Positions 9,201-18,399 are shown, numbered from the stretch's first letter. The stretch is 64,000 bases of DNA from Ilumatobacteraceae bacterium (GCA_031373785.1 JANMNE010000183.1:15729-79728), one strand, 5' to 3'. The notes: generated by a model not told the origin, from the sequence alone. Program-made: numbers and translations.

Positions 9201-12200
9201 TCGGGGCGGTGCGGTCGATGTGGATGCCGCCGACAGTGGCAGATCCAACGTTGTCGGCATTGTCGACAGCTTGGCCCGAGGCGCTGAGTGAGGACCCCTC
9301 GCCAATGATCGTGCTGTCGCTGGGGCACGAGGCCAATCCTGAAAGCGTGTCGCTGCACACCCAGTTGACCACGACGTCCGTGTTGTACCAACCGGCGTTT
9401 GGCGCCGGCACGTTGCCATGGATGGACGGCGCAGTCAGATCGATGTCGAGGTCGCTCGCGGTCGTGGACACGCTGTTGTCGGCGTTGTCGACCGCAGTGC
9501 CAGTGACCGCCTGGTTCTCACCTTCGGCGAGTATCGCTGTATCGGTGCAGCTGCTGATACCGGACAATCCGTCTGCGCACGTGAACGACACGCTCACCTG
9601 GTTGTGGTGCCAACCGGCGAGGTTGGGGATCTCGCTGATCGAAGAGGAGATGGTCGGAGGTGTCTTGTCGAGGTTGACCGTGTGCGTAGTCGACGCCGTG
9701 TTGCCTGCGTTGTCCTCGGCGTTGCCAGCGATCTGCTGGCCGAGCCCGTCGGTCGTGACTGATTGCGGCTGCGTGCATGACTTGATCCCCGAGAGTCCAA
9801 CCTGATCGGCGCAGGTGAACGTCACCGTGACGTCGGAGTTGTTCCAACCACCACCGTTGGCATCCGGCAGTTGGCTGGCAGTGATGGTCGGGTTGCTCTG
9901 GTCGATCTCGATCGTGGCGGTGTGATGTGCTTCTTCGTTGCCAGCGTTGTCGACGCTCCAGTATTCGAGGGTGTGGACGCCTTCGGTGCTGATGATCACC
10001 GAGTTACCGTTCTGCGCTGCGGCGCCATCGAGGATGTAGGACGTGTGGTGCACGCCGGAGAGCGAATCGAGGGCGATGAGGTGCACGGTGGTCGACTGAT
10101 TCGTCCACGACGTCGGCGCATCGGCAGAGGTGATCGGCGCGAAGCGGTCGATCGACACCGGCGGGCTCGTCGCGCTGGTGGCGTTGCCCGCGAGGTCGGC
10201 GACCGAGGTCCCAACCGTCAGGTTCTGTCCCTCGCCGGTGATCGTGGTGGATGATGGGCACGGTCCGTCGATGCCCGACGGGCCGTCGGCGCACAACCAT
10301 GCGATGGTGACGTTGCCGTTGTACCACCCGGCGGCGTTCGGCGCTGTGGTGGGTGCTCCGCTGAGATCGGGGAACGTCGTGTCGACGTTGATGTGCCCGA
10401 CGCTCGCGGCAGCGGTGTTGCCCGCGTAGTCCGTAACACTTCCGGATGCGGTCTGATCGGTGCCCTGACCGACTATCTGTGCGGGGGAGCACTGGGCGAC
10501 TCCGGAGAGGCCGTTCTGGTCGAGGCATGTGAAGTCGACGGTGACTGGATTGTCGTACCAGCCATTCGCGTTCGGGGAGCCCTGCGCTGCGGCGGTGATG
10601 GTCGGCGCTGCTTTGTCGACGTTGACCGTGACGACGTCGCTCGCTGTGTTCCCGGCGACATCAGTGGCAGTGCCTGTCACCGTCTGTTCCGCTCCGTCGA
10701 AGGTCAGCTGTCTCGGGGGCGTGCAGCTCAGCAGTCCGGACAGGTTGACCTGGTCGGTGCACATGAAGGTGATCGAAACAGGGGTGTTGTTCCATCCGGC
10801 CAGGTTGGGCGTCGGCACCTGAGTATGACTGATTCCCGGCGCACTTTCATCGATATCCACGGTGACCGTGTGGAGGGTTTCTGTGTTGCCCGCGTTGTCG
10901 ACGCTCCAGAAGGTGATCACGTGCTTGCCTTCGGTGACCAGAACGCTGGTGCCTGCAGCCGGATCGGATCCGTCGAGTTGAAAGAAGGTGCCTTGGATGC
11001 CCGACGGGCCGTCATCGGTGGCGTTGAGATTGACGACGACGTCGGCGGTCTGCCAGCCGGCAGGCGCATCCGACGTGGTGGTGGGCGCGCTCGCATCGAT
11101 GTTCACCGCAGTGCTCGAGGCGACTGTGGTGTTGCCTGCTCTGTCGCTGACCGCCGCGCTGGCGAACAGACCGGTGCCATTCCCACTGATGACGGAGTTG
11201 ACGGGGCAGGCACCACTGGCGAAGCCCGACAGGGCGTCGGTACAGGTCCAGTGGATCGTGACGGGGCCCCGATAGAAGCCATTCTGGTCCGGCGACGTCG
11301 TCGGGCTGCCGATCAGCGTGGGCACGGTCTTGTCGATGTTGATGTTGTTCACGGTGGCGTTGGCAAGGTTGCCGGCGGCGTCCGCACTCGTGCCTTGGGC
11401 GGTCTGGTTCGAACCCTCGCCGAGCCCGATTGCACCCGGGCAGGTGTCAACGCCGGACAGGGTGTCGGTGCACGTGAAGTTGATCGTGACATCGTTTGCG
11501 TACCAGCCAAGTGCGTTGGGGGCGCGATCCGGGGCAGCCGTGATCGAGGGAGCGGTCGTGTCGATGCTGACGGCCGCAGGGTCGTTGGCAACGTTGCCCG
11601 CATTGTCGGTCGCGGCTCCGATCCTGCTTTGATTCGCGCCTTGGGGGGAAACAGTCTGCGGCGCAGTGCACGAGGCGATGCCGGACAGGATGTCGTTGCA
11701 GGTGAACGTGATCGTGACCGCGGTGTTGTTCCATCCGTGTGCATTTGCCACCGGGGACTGGGTGTGAGAGATCGTGGGTGACGTCTTGTCGATCTTGACG
11801 TGGACCGAGCGTGTGGTCTCGGTGTTGCCGGCCCGGTCCGTGCTCCAGTATTGGAGGACGTGGTCGCCGTCGGTGTTGAACAGTACCGAGGTGCCCGTCT
11901 GCGTTGCGCCACCGTCGACGCTGTACTGAGTGTTCGCGACACCCGACAACGCATCCGTCGCACTCAGCGTGACAGTGAGGTTGGTGTTGTTCCATGCCGG
12001 CGGCGCCGAGGCCACAGTGACCGGCGCGGTGCGGTCGATGCGAACTGCGGACGATGTCGACGTGGTGGAGTTGCCTGCCTTGTCCGCGACTGTCGCCGTC
12101 GCGGTGAGGTTCGAGCCCTCGCCGGTGATGGTGCTGTTCCCGGGACATCCGCTGGGGACGAGACCGGACAGCGCATCGGCGCACGGCCAGTTGATCGAAA

Positions 12201-12909
12201 CGTTCGAGTTGTACCAGCCGTTCGCATTGGCGGCGGTCGTCGGCGCGCCGGTCAGCGTCGGTGCCGTGAGGTCGACGTTGATGGCGCTGACGGTGGTCGA
12301 GGCGGTGTTGCCGGCGGCGTCGACGGCGGTACCCGTGACCGACTGGTTCGCGCCTTGGGTTGAGACCGTTGCGTTCGGCCCGCACGAGGTGACTGCGTTG
12401 AGGTCCGAGCACGTGAAGTTGACGGCGACCGAGGTGTTGTTCCAGCCAGCCGCGTTCGGTGCCGGCACCCGGGTGGCCGCGATAGTGGGCGCGATGTTGT
12501 CGAGGGTATATGTGCCAGCATTGGTCGAGTCGCTGTTGCCGTTTCCGGTGCCGGTGCAGTCAGCCTTTTTGTGCGCAGTCACGGTCGGTGTCTGCAGGCC
12601 GTTGCCGGCACCCGCTTGGTACGTGATCGTGAACGGGCTCTGCGTCGACGCGGAGATATGCGTCCCATTGTCGACAACCTTGACGCAGCCGATGTCGTTG
12701 CTCGTCGTGACAGTCAAGGTCAGTGTCGTACCGCTCTTGGCGATCGTCGGAATGAACGTCGCCGAGTTGATGTTGGCCGCCGCAGCAGGCGACGCAATCA
12801 ACATCGGTGCTGTCAGCACTGCCACGCCGATGAGGGCAGTCGTCATCAAACGACCAACCTGACTGCTCATGCCCAGAGCTCGTCGCGCGCCTGACCGGGT
12901 CGAAACCAT
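6256..12909 (-). CDS. giant secreted repeat protein (2217 aa): about 25 Ig-like modules including six OmpL47/chitobiase-C-like modules, with a C-terminal PxKF-type domain
   Basis: AGGAGG lies 5 nt before ATG 12909. The signal peptide is ...LMTTALIGVAVLTAPMLIASPAAAA. Modules of about 76-82 aa repeat, ending ...D.AGN......V.ID.TAP. Three module types carry GW(Y/N)N...(F/W)xC.D.LSG...C. A fourth type carries Y..DG.....G.SV.....G.H.L.YWS.D.AGN.E. The tail GYRFDGFLQPIN...FKAGSTVPVKFQL... ends the protein. Confidence 0.9.
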   Translation of the reverse strand: MVSTRSGARRALGMSSQVGRLMTTALIGVAVLTAPMLIASPAAAANINSATFIPTIAKSGTTLTLTVTTSNDIGCVKVVDNGTHISASTQSPFTITYQAGAGNGLQTPTVTAHKKADCTGTGNGNSDSTNAGTYTLDNIAPTIAATRVPAPNAAGWNNTSVAVNFTCSDLNAVTSCGPNATVSTQGANQSVTGTAVDAAGNTASTTVSAINVDLTAPTLTGAPTTAANANGWYNSNVSINWPCADALSGLVPSGCPGNSTITGEGSNLTATATVADKAGNSTTSTSSAVRIDRTAPVTVASAPPAWNNTNLTVTLSATDALSGVANTQYSVDGGATQTGTSVLFNTDGDHVLQYWSTDRAGNTETTRSVHVKIDKTSPTISHTQSPVANAHGWNNTAVTITFTCNDILSGIASCTAPQTVSPQGANQSRIGAATDNAGNVANDPAAVSIDTTAPSITAAPDRAPNALGWYANDVTINFTCTDTLSGVDTCPGAIGLGEGSNQTAQGTSADAAGNLANATVNNINIDKTVPTLIGSPTTSPDQNGFYRGPVTIHWTCTDALSGFASGACPVNSVISGNGTGLFASAAVSDRAGNTTVASSTAVNIDASAPTTTSDAPAGWQTADVVVNLNATDDGPSGIQGTFFQLDGSDPAAGTSVLVTEGKHVITFWSVDNAGNTETLHTVTVDIDESAPGISHTQVPTPNLAGWNNTPVSITFMCTDQVNLSGLLSCTPPRQLTFDGAEQTVTGTATDVAGNTASDVVTVNVDKAAPTITAAAQGSPNANGWYDNPVTVDFTCLDQNGLSGVAQCSPAQIVGQGTDQTASGSVTDYAGNTAAASVGHINVDTTFPDLSGAPTTAPNAAGWYNGNVTIAWLCADGPSGIDGPCPSSTTITGEGQNLTVGTSVADLAGNATSATSPPVSIDRFAPITSADAPTSWTNQSTTVHLIALDSLSGVHHTSYILDGAAAQNGNSVIISTEGVHTLEYWSVDNAGNEEAHHTATIEIDQSNPTITASQLPDANGGGWNNSDVTVTFTCADQVGLSGIKSCTQPQSVTTDGLGQQIAGNAEDNAGNTASTTHTVNLDKTPPTISSSISEIPNLAGWHHNQVSVSFTCADGLSGISSCTDTAILAEGENQAVTGTAVDNADNSVSTTASDLDIDLTAPSIHGNVPAPNAGWYNTDVVVNWVCSDTLSGLASCPSDSTIIGEGSSLSASGQAVDNADNVGSATVGGIHIDRTAPISSWSAPSGWSLTDVTVHVVAGDNLSGVVHSYIEVDGELPVADADVIIGEGVHNVRFWSVDVASNVEIAQTVVVRVDKTTPTIGHIQTPAPNGAGWNNSDVTVGFVCADSLSGIASCTAPSPIVAETAGTLLTGTAVDNAGNQASDDVTVKLDKTPPTVTASADRAANGNGWYNASLNVNFQCTDDLSGIADCPAPQTLGEGAAQSASATGHDVAGNAATAGVSGVNVDMTAPSLSGTPITLPNGNGWYNSDVDVHWTCADDLSGTTCPADSTISGEGQNFVAAASVTDAAGNTTGANSAPAVRIDRTAPVTTASAPGGWVNHAVTVSLDSSDGLAGVAATQYSLDSAAAQDGTSVEINTQGDHTLAYWSIDAAGNEEPHQIISVRIDETAPTISHTQSPAANANGWNNGDVTVTFSCADAGGAGLAACTSPQTAVGEGQNLELHGTAEDNAGNSAIDTAILNIDRTAPTISEAPGRAAPNGNDWYHAPIGIAFSCTDALSGVAACSTAPVTVTDGAGQQVDGHATDAAGNTSSSTVSGLNVDTGVPTISGAATTSPNGEGWYSGDVVIHWTCGDDLSGIDGPCPTDTTIAGEGAALSATATVHDLAGNAASATVGNIHVDRNAPVTTNDVSSGWHNSAVTVHFSVTDNLSGPHHTNFKIDGGTTGSGSSVTIGQGSHTVAYWSTDNAGNPETAKTVLVLVDTTPPTITGAATTVPNGNGWYRGPITVHFTCADQSGLSGIASCPVDVRLSGDGANQSVSGTATDNAGNHTSTTVTGLNLDHTAPSITFQGVTNGATYTLGTAPTPSCTASDALSGVAQPCAGTLTGGNANAVGQFSYSATVTDRAGNTTTSTVNFRIGYRFDGFLQPINDTAHQIGTSTSIFKAGSTVPVKFQLRRADGTVVQTVTAPQWLTPSKGAATSAAVDETLYSVASTGGDTYRADGTTQYIYNWGTDKSAAGFYWRIGVRLDDGSTYYVNIGLR

Positions 12910-13184
12910 TTCCGCCTCCTGTCGCCTGCCGCCATGGCCGACTGAATGGGATCGTGGTTTCGCCATTGGCTTCTCGCCGGGCCAGGCGACCATGTACAGC
13001 CCGGAGGATCAACGCCGCTCCGTGTGTTGAAGAAGCTACAGACGAACTATCGCATAGACCATGGGCCATTCGACCCATTCGCTTACAAGTGGTGAACGTT
13101 AAGCGGGTCGCCCAGACCCGTAGACTCGCGCTCGCCCGGACAACACGCGTCTGTCCGCTCGGCGACCAGGAACAGGTTGTCGCC

Positions 13185-16100
13185 ATGGACTTCCAGATCC
13201 TCGGTCCAATCCACGTGAGCGATGCTGATCGGATCGTGGATCTCGGCAGTCCCAAGCAGCGTTGCGTGTTGGCTTCGTTGTTGCTCCGCGCCAACCAGGT
13301 CGTGTCGCTCGATCGGTTGATCGACGACGTGTGGGGCGAACTTCCTCCGCTCGACCCCATGGCGGCGATCCACGCGTATGTGTCGCGGTTGCGGCGCGCC
13401 CTCGAACCGGACCGTCCCGCGGGCAGCAAGGAGAGCATGATCGTGCGGGCGCCGCCCGGCTATCGGCTGGACACCGCAGTCGAAGCGGTCGATTCGCGCC
13501 GATTCGAGCGCCTCGTCCACGAGGGGAGCCACGCCCTTGAGCACGGCGACGCTCAGTTCGCCGCGGGCCTGCTCGAGCGGGCGCTGTCGTTGTGGCGAGG
13601 CGAGGCGCTCGCCGATCTCCGCGGGGCCGAATTCGTGCGAGCGGAGGCGACCCGCCTCGACCAGATCCGATTGCGTACGCTCGAGGAGCTCTTCGAGGCT
13701 CAGCTCGCCCTTGGCCGCCACGAGTCCGTCGTCGCCGAGGCCGGCCGCGTCCTCGCCGCTCATCCGTACCGCGAACGCCTTCGAGGTCAGCTGATGCTCG
13801 CGCTGTACCGCTGCCATCTGCAGGTCGACGCGTTGCGCGTGTACAGCGAGGGTCGGACGGTGCTGGCGGAGGAGCTCGGCCTCGAGCTCAGCCCGACGCT
13901 TCAGCAGCTGGAGGATGACATATTGCTCCAGAAGACGCACCTCGACTGGCGGCCTGCCGCCGAGGGGTCCCGGGTGAAATCGGTTGAGGATGGCTCCAAC
14001 GCCACGGCCGCAGCGGCCCGATCGCGAGCGGTGTTCGTCGGCCGTGACGCGGAGCTTGCCGCGCTTACCGCGAGCTGGAATCGAGCTGTCGACGGCGAGC
14101 GTCAAGTTGTAGTCGTGTCCGGGGAGCCTGGGATCGGTAAGACCCGTCTCGCCGCGGAGTTGGCCCTGATCGCCCGACACGACGGTGGGACGGTGTTACG
14201 GGGCCAGGCTCATCCTCACACCGTCGTACCGTACGAGCCCGTCGCCGAGGCCCTCGCTGCCCTCGCTACGGAGGCACCTCTTGCTGATTTGCGCGGTGAC
14301 GTGAACGACGCCGGCGCGATGATCGGGCGATTGGCGCCCGGCCTGGCGGGCCGTGTCATCGACCTCGCCGAGCCGAACCGCGCCGACCCGGCGACGGACC
14401 GGTTTCGCTTGTTCGAAGCCGTGGCCAACCTGGTGGAACGTGTGGCCGAACGAGCCCCACTGCTTGTCGTGCTCGATGACTTGCAGTGGGCCGACCGCGG
14501 CAGCTGGCTGCTGTTGGCTCACCTCACCCGGCCACGAGTCGCAGGCCGCATCCTCGTCATCGTCATCGCGCGCGACACGCAGCCGTTCGAGGCGACCCAG
14601 CAGGCGATCCTCGAAGACATGCGCCGCGATGGCGCGCAGCAGATCAAGCTCTGCGCGCTCGACGAGGAAGCCGTGTGTGACCTGGTCGTTGCGCGGTTGG
14701 GCGCCACGCCCGGCGATGTGCCGGGGGCGATCGCATCTCGCTCGTCAGGCAACCCGTTCTACGTAGAGCAGATCCTCGATTCCCTCGCCGATCGTGAGGT
14801 GGCGGTCGCCCAGCCGTTGGAGAGAGCGGACGTGGCCGGGATACCCGTGCCCGAACGCGTCATCGATCTCATCGGACAACGGGTGAGTGCGCTGTCACCC
14901 GCTACGGCTCGAGTTCTCGGAATCGCATCCGTGCAGGGCGCGTTCTTCGATCTCGACGTTGTCGGCGAGGTGAGCGGGATTGGTGGGGACGAACTTCTCG
15001 ACGCGCTCGACGAGGCGATCATGGCTCGTCTCATCATCGAGGAACAGGGATCTCTCGGGCTCTACCGGTTCGCCCACGCGCTCACGGTCGATGCTCTGCA
15101 CGCCGGCATCTCGGTAACACGTCGGGCCGCCATCCATCACCGAGTAGGGCTGGCCCTCGAATCGATCCCACGCGTTCGCGACGACCAGCCCGGCGTGCTC
15201 GCTCACCACTTCCTGAGTGGCGGACGGGACCTGGTTCGAGGCGCGGCCTACGCCGGCGACGCCGGTGTTCGCGCGCTGGAGCAGCTCGCCCACGAGGACG
15301 CGGCAATGCTGTTCGAGCGTGGTCTGCAGGTGCTGGCGGGACGAGACGACGGCGAAGTAGTGCGCACCGACCTACTCCTCGGCCTCGCCGAGGCACGGGG
15401 CCGGGCCGGGGACGTAACGGCGGCCCGGGAGGCACTCACCGACGCCGCGAGGCAGGCCCGGCAGATCGGCGACGCCGACCGTTTGGCTCGAGCAGCGACG
15501 ACGGCGACTCGGGGGTACCTGACCGTTCTCCCTGAACCCGACGACATCCCGGTCGCGTTGCTGGAAGAAGCGCTCGCCCATCTCGGACAGGAGGACAGCG
15601 CCAGGCTCGTTCGGGTGATGTCGCGCCTCGCCGTCGGGCTCTACTTCAGCTCGGACCGAGACCGCGCAGTGACCATCAGCCGTGATGCCGTCGAGATGGC
15701 CAGACGACTTGGGTCGGACCTGGGCCTGGGCCATGCTCTGCTCAGCCATCATCTCGCACTCCAGGATCCCGCGCACATCGGGGATCGCCTCCGCGTTGCC
15801 GCCGAACTGAAGGACGTCGCGGAGCGCGCTGGCGATCCCGAACTCGAGCTGTGCAGTCGATACCTCCCGGTGGCCGATCATCTCGAACTGGGAGACCTGA
15901 ACGCGGCAGATAGAGCCATCTCCCTCTGCGAACCGCTGATCGCTCGAACACAGCAGCCACTGCTTCGACTGCTGCCCGCCCAACACCGGGCAATGAGGGC
16001 GATCCTCACCGGCCGACTCGACGAGGGAGAACGATTGGCGAACGCCGCGCTGGAACTCGCACGCGTCGGCGGCTACCACTATGCCCAAACATTCGGATCG

Positions 16101-16718
16101 CTGCTCTTCGAGCTTCGTTGGCTGCAGGGGCGGCTCGCCGAGCTGGAAGACCGCCTGTCGCGGTACGCCGAGCGCCAGCCCGACTTCGCTGGATGGCGCG
16201 CCGCCGTGGCGATGGTGTGCAGCGAGGGCGGCCGGCTGGAGGAGGCCAGGGTCTACTTCGACGCTCTTGCCGTTCACGACTTTCGCGACAGCCGCTTTGA
16301 CCACACCTGGACATCGGTGATGCTCACCGATGCCGAGATATGTGCCGCACTGGGTGATGCACCGCGCGCTGCGCTCCTGTACGAGCTCCTGACGCCCTAT
16401 CACGACCGTCTCGTGGTGCTCGGAAGCGGAGCTGTGTGCATCGGTGCCATCGACCGAACGCTCGGCCAACTGGCGACGGTAACTGGCCGATTCGACGACG
16501 CCGAAGCACACTTCCGTCGTGCCGATGAACTCAACCGCCGAGCGATGGCCGCGCCGTTCGTCGCCCGGACCCAGATCGATCACGCGGAGATGCTGCTCAC
16601 GCGGCGACGCCCTGGTGACATCACCCGGGCGGAGGCGCTGTTGGGCGCGGCTGGAGCGACTGCGGAAGAACTGGGACTGGGAGGACTCGAGCAGCGGCTC
16701 CGGCGACTCGTCCGGTGA
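13185..16718 (+). CDS. AfsR/SARP-family transcriptional regulator (winged helix + BTAD + NB-ARC-type P-loop ATPase + TPR-like C-terminus)
   Basis: Start chosen at MDFQILGPIHV (ATG 13185). N-terminus has KQRCVLASLLLRANQVVSLDRLIDDVWGE...IHAYVSRLRRAL. BTAD region has ALSLWRGEALADL...LDQIRLRTLEELFEAQLALGRH...YRERLRGQLMLALYRC. P-loop is VVSGEPGIGKTRL and Walker B is LLVVLDDLQWAD. A long helical-repeat C-terminus follows. Confidence 0.85.
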   Translation: MDFQILGPIHVSDADRIVDLGSPKQRCVLASLLLRANQVVSLDRLIDDVWGELPPLDPMAAIHAYVSRLRRALEPDRPAGSKESMIVRAPPGYRLDTAVEAVDSRRFERLVHEGSHALEHGDAQFAAGLLERALSLWRGEALADLRGAEFVRAEATRLDQIRLRTLEELFEAQLALGRHESVVAEAGRVLAAHPYRERLRGQLMLALYRCHLQVDALRVYSEGRTVLAEELGLELSPTLQQLEDDILLQKTHLDWRPAAEGSRVKSVEDGSNATAAAARSRAVFVGRDAELAALTASWNRAVDGERQVVVVSGEPGIGKTRLAAELALIARHDGGTVLRGQAHPHTVVPYEPVAEALAALATEAPLADLRGDVNDAGAMIGRLAPGLAGRVIDLAEPNRADPATDRFRLFEAVANLVERVAERAPLLVVLDDLQWADRGSWLLLAHLTRPRVAGRILVIVIARDTQPFEATQQAILEDMRRDGAQQIKLCALDEEAVCDLVVARLGATPGDVPGAIASRSSGNPFYVEQILDSLADREVAVAQPLERADVAGIPVPERVIDLIGQRVSALSPATARVLGIASVQGAFFDLDVVGEVSGIGGDELLDALDEAIMARLIIEEQGSLGLYRFAHALTVDALHAGISVTRRAAIHHRVGLALESIPRVRDDQPGVLAHHFLSGGRDLVRGAAYAGDAGVRALEQLAHEDAAMLFERGLQVLAGRDDGEVVRTDLLLGLAEARGRAGDVTAAREALTDAARQARQIGDADRLARAATTATRGYLTVLPEPDDIPVALLEEALAHLGQEDSARLVRVMSRLAVGLYFSSDRDRAVTISRDAVEMARRLGSDLGLGHALLSHHLALQDPAHIGDRLRVAAELKDVAERAGDPELELCSRYLPVADHLELGDLNAADRAISLCEPLIARTQQPLLRLLPAQHRAMRAILTGRLDEGERLANAALELARVGGYHYAQTFGSLLFELRWLQGRLAELEDRLSRYAERQPDFAGWRAAVAMVCSEGGRLEEARVYFDALAVHDFRDSRFDHTWTSVMLTDAEICAALGDAPRAALLYELLTPYHDRLVVLGSGAVCIGAIDRTLGQLATVTGRFDDAEAHFRRADELNRRAMAAPFVARTQIDHAEMLLTRRRPGDITRAEALLGAAGATAEELGLGGLEQRLRRLVR

Positions 16719-16810
16719 CACCCGCCTACAAGCTTTCGTCACAACTTTTTGCAAGCGCGCGAGCAGAAGCTCTTCAAACGGCACTCCCGCCGGAAGCAGG
16801 AGGTAGAGAC

Positions 16811-17275
16811 ATGCGTTCACTCACCATCGGCGGCTTGATCACCGCCGCAATTCTCGCAGTCGCCAGTCCGGCGTCTGCGGGCGGTCCCCCCGTGACGATC
16901 ACAGATGTGCAGCATCGGGCGACATTCGTCGACTCGGACATCAACCCCTGCACGGGACAGCCGGGCGTCGTGACGACCGTCGTCAACGCCGTGTTCCACA
17001 TCACGGTGTTCCCCGACGGCCGTTATCACATCACGGGGACCGCGACCGGCACGTTCCAATTCGACACGACGGATCCCGCCGCGCCCGACTTCTCGGGCCG
17101 GTTGACGAACTGGTTCGGGGAGAACTCCGACTCGAACGCCTTGACCAGTACGTTCACGTTCAATTTGCGCGGGACCGGAACCGACGGGTCGACGATCCGG
17201 TTCCACGAGACTGCCCACGTCTCGATTGTCAGGGGCGAGATCGTCGTGGAGCTGGACAAGATTCGTTGCGGCTGA
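16811..17275 (+). CDS. secreted hypothetical protein (154 aa)
   Basis: GGAGGTAGAGAC precedes ATG 16811. Signal peptide is MRSLTIGGLITAAILAVASPASA. I recognise no family. Confidence 0.55.
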   Translation: MRSLTIGGLITAAILAVASPASAGGPPVTITDVQHRATFVDSDINPCTGQPGVVTTVVNAVFHITVFPDGRYHITGTATGTFQFDTTDPAAPDFSGRLTNWFGENSDSNALTSTFTFNLRGTGTDGSTIRFHETAHVSIVRGEIVVELDKIRCG

Positions 17276-17355
17276 CGCGGGTGGCTCGGCACGGGTGGGC
17301 GCGAATTACGCCCACCCGTGTACGCGGGGGCCGCGTGGCGGCGGCGACGCTCCGT

Positions 17356-17736
17356 TCAATCCGATCGTGCCCGGCTGGGGGAGCGGTAGTCGAAGTCGGT
17401 CGCGAAGGACGCTCGGCGCCCACTGCCTCCACGGATCTCCCAGCGCAGCGCCTCGTCCGTAGAGACCAATTTCTGCCCGTAGAGCTCGGTGCCAGGGTGG
17501 TCGAATCCGGGGATGCCGCATTGGACGTCGTCGGGATCTGACGCAGCGCCTTCGGCCTCGACGGTGATGTAGCCGACGACATCGATCCGCTTGCGCGTTG
17601 CGAGGTGGTCGACGGTGATCCGGGCCCGACGGACGGCATGGACCTCTCCGATCGCCGGCCCGATGGCGTCACAGTTGCACGCCTCGAAATACGAGCCCAA
17701 AACCCGCCAGTCCTCAGCTTCGACAGCTTCAGTCAC
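17356..17736 (-). CDS. DUF1326-like protein, short and atypical (possibly degenerate)
   Basis: The N-terminus WRVLGSYFEACNCDAIGPAIG resembles the DUF1326 start (G.YFE.C.CD.ICPC) but lacks the CPC Cys pair. It is 126 aa against about 200 for the neighbouring paralogue. Confidence 0.4.
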   Translation of the reverse strand: MTEAVEAEDWRVLGSYFEACNCDAIGPAIGEVHAVRRARITVDHLATRKRIDVVGYITVEAEGAASDPDDVQCGIPGFDHPGTELYGQKLVSTDEALRWEIRGGSGRRASFATDFDYRSPSRARSD

Positions 17737-17796
17737 GGTTCAGCCCTCCTGGAAAGGAGAGTAACATGACGCGAAATCATGAACAGGGGGCAGGCC

Positions 17797-18399
17797 ATGG
17801 CTTGGACGCTGGAAGGCACCTACTTCGAGAATTGCTCGTGTGACACGATCTGTCCGTGCACATGGTCCGCATTCGTCGCCAAGGCCACGCGCGACCGCTG
17901 CCTGGCAATGCTCGCGTTCCACATCGACCGCGGTGACATCGAGGGGGTGGACGTGAGCGGACTGACGTTCGCGTTGGTGATCGACAGCCCGCCGGTCATG
18001 GGCGACGGTGGATGGAAGCTCGGTGTTGTGATGGACGGAGCGGCCACCGACCAGCAGGCCGGTGCACTCGGTCGCGTGCTGGTCGGTGAGCTCGGCGGAC
18101 CACCCGCGATGTTGGGCCCACTCATCGGCGAGATGGCCGGGATCGAGCAAGCCCCCGTGGAATGGCGCCAGTCGGGCGACACGTTGACCGTGCGTTTCGG
18201 TGATCTCATCGACGTGGAAGTCAAGGCGTGGCTTTCCGGTGCCCTCTCCGAGCCGGTTCAGCTCGTGAACGTGTTCCACCCTGCCAACACAACGCTCACC
18301 GTGTCTCCGGCGACGAGGTCGAAGGTCGATGTGTTCGGAATTCGCTTCGACGGCGCCGGCACCAGCGGGTTCAGCGCTCCGTACGCCTGGTCGGCGTGA
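17797..18399 (+). CDS. DUF1326 domain-containing protein
   Basis: MAWTLEGTYFENCSCDTICPCTWS is the signature N-terminus. Its stop overlaps the next start (GTGA at 18396-18399). Confidence 0.75.
   Translation: MAWTLEGTYFENCSCDTICPCTWSAFVAKATRDRCLAMLAFHIDRGDIEGVDVSGLTFALVIDSPPVMGDGGWKLGVVMDGAATDQQAGALGRVLVGELGGPPAMLGPLIGEMAGIEQAPVEWRQSGDTLTVRFGDLIDVEVKAWLSGALSEPVQLVNVFHPANTTLTVSPATRSKVDVFGIRFDGAGTSGFSAPYAWSA

Noticed and set aside
6600-12500. The regular sub-kilobase repetition, which could superficially suggest a CRISPR or satellite array.
   Set aside because: The repeats are in-frame protein modules of about 230-250 nt with diverged sequence. They are not short identical direct repeats separated by unique spacers.
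12910-12993. The upstream ATG at 12993, which would add 28 aa to the giant repeat protein.
   Set aside because: The extension (MVAWPGEKPMAKPRSHSVGHGGRRQEAE) precedes a perfect AGGAGG-n5-ATG at 12909, after which a normal signal peptide begins.
13066-13081. The tandem CCATTCG repeats, as a SARP binding site.
   Set aside because: There are only two copies at 9-nt spacing. Canonical SARP sites are heptamers at 11-nt periodicity next to a -35 region. This is too weak to call as a feature.
12954-13184. The 77-aa N-terminal extension of the SARP regulator in the ORF track.
   Set aside because: SARP/OmpR-type wHTH domains begin right at M-x-F-x-(I/V)LGP. The extension would consume the whole divergent promoter region.
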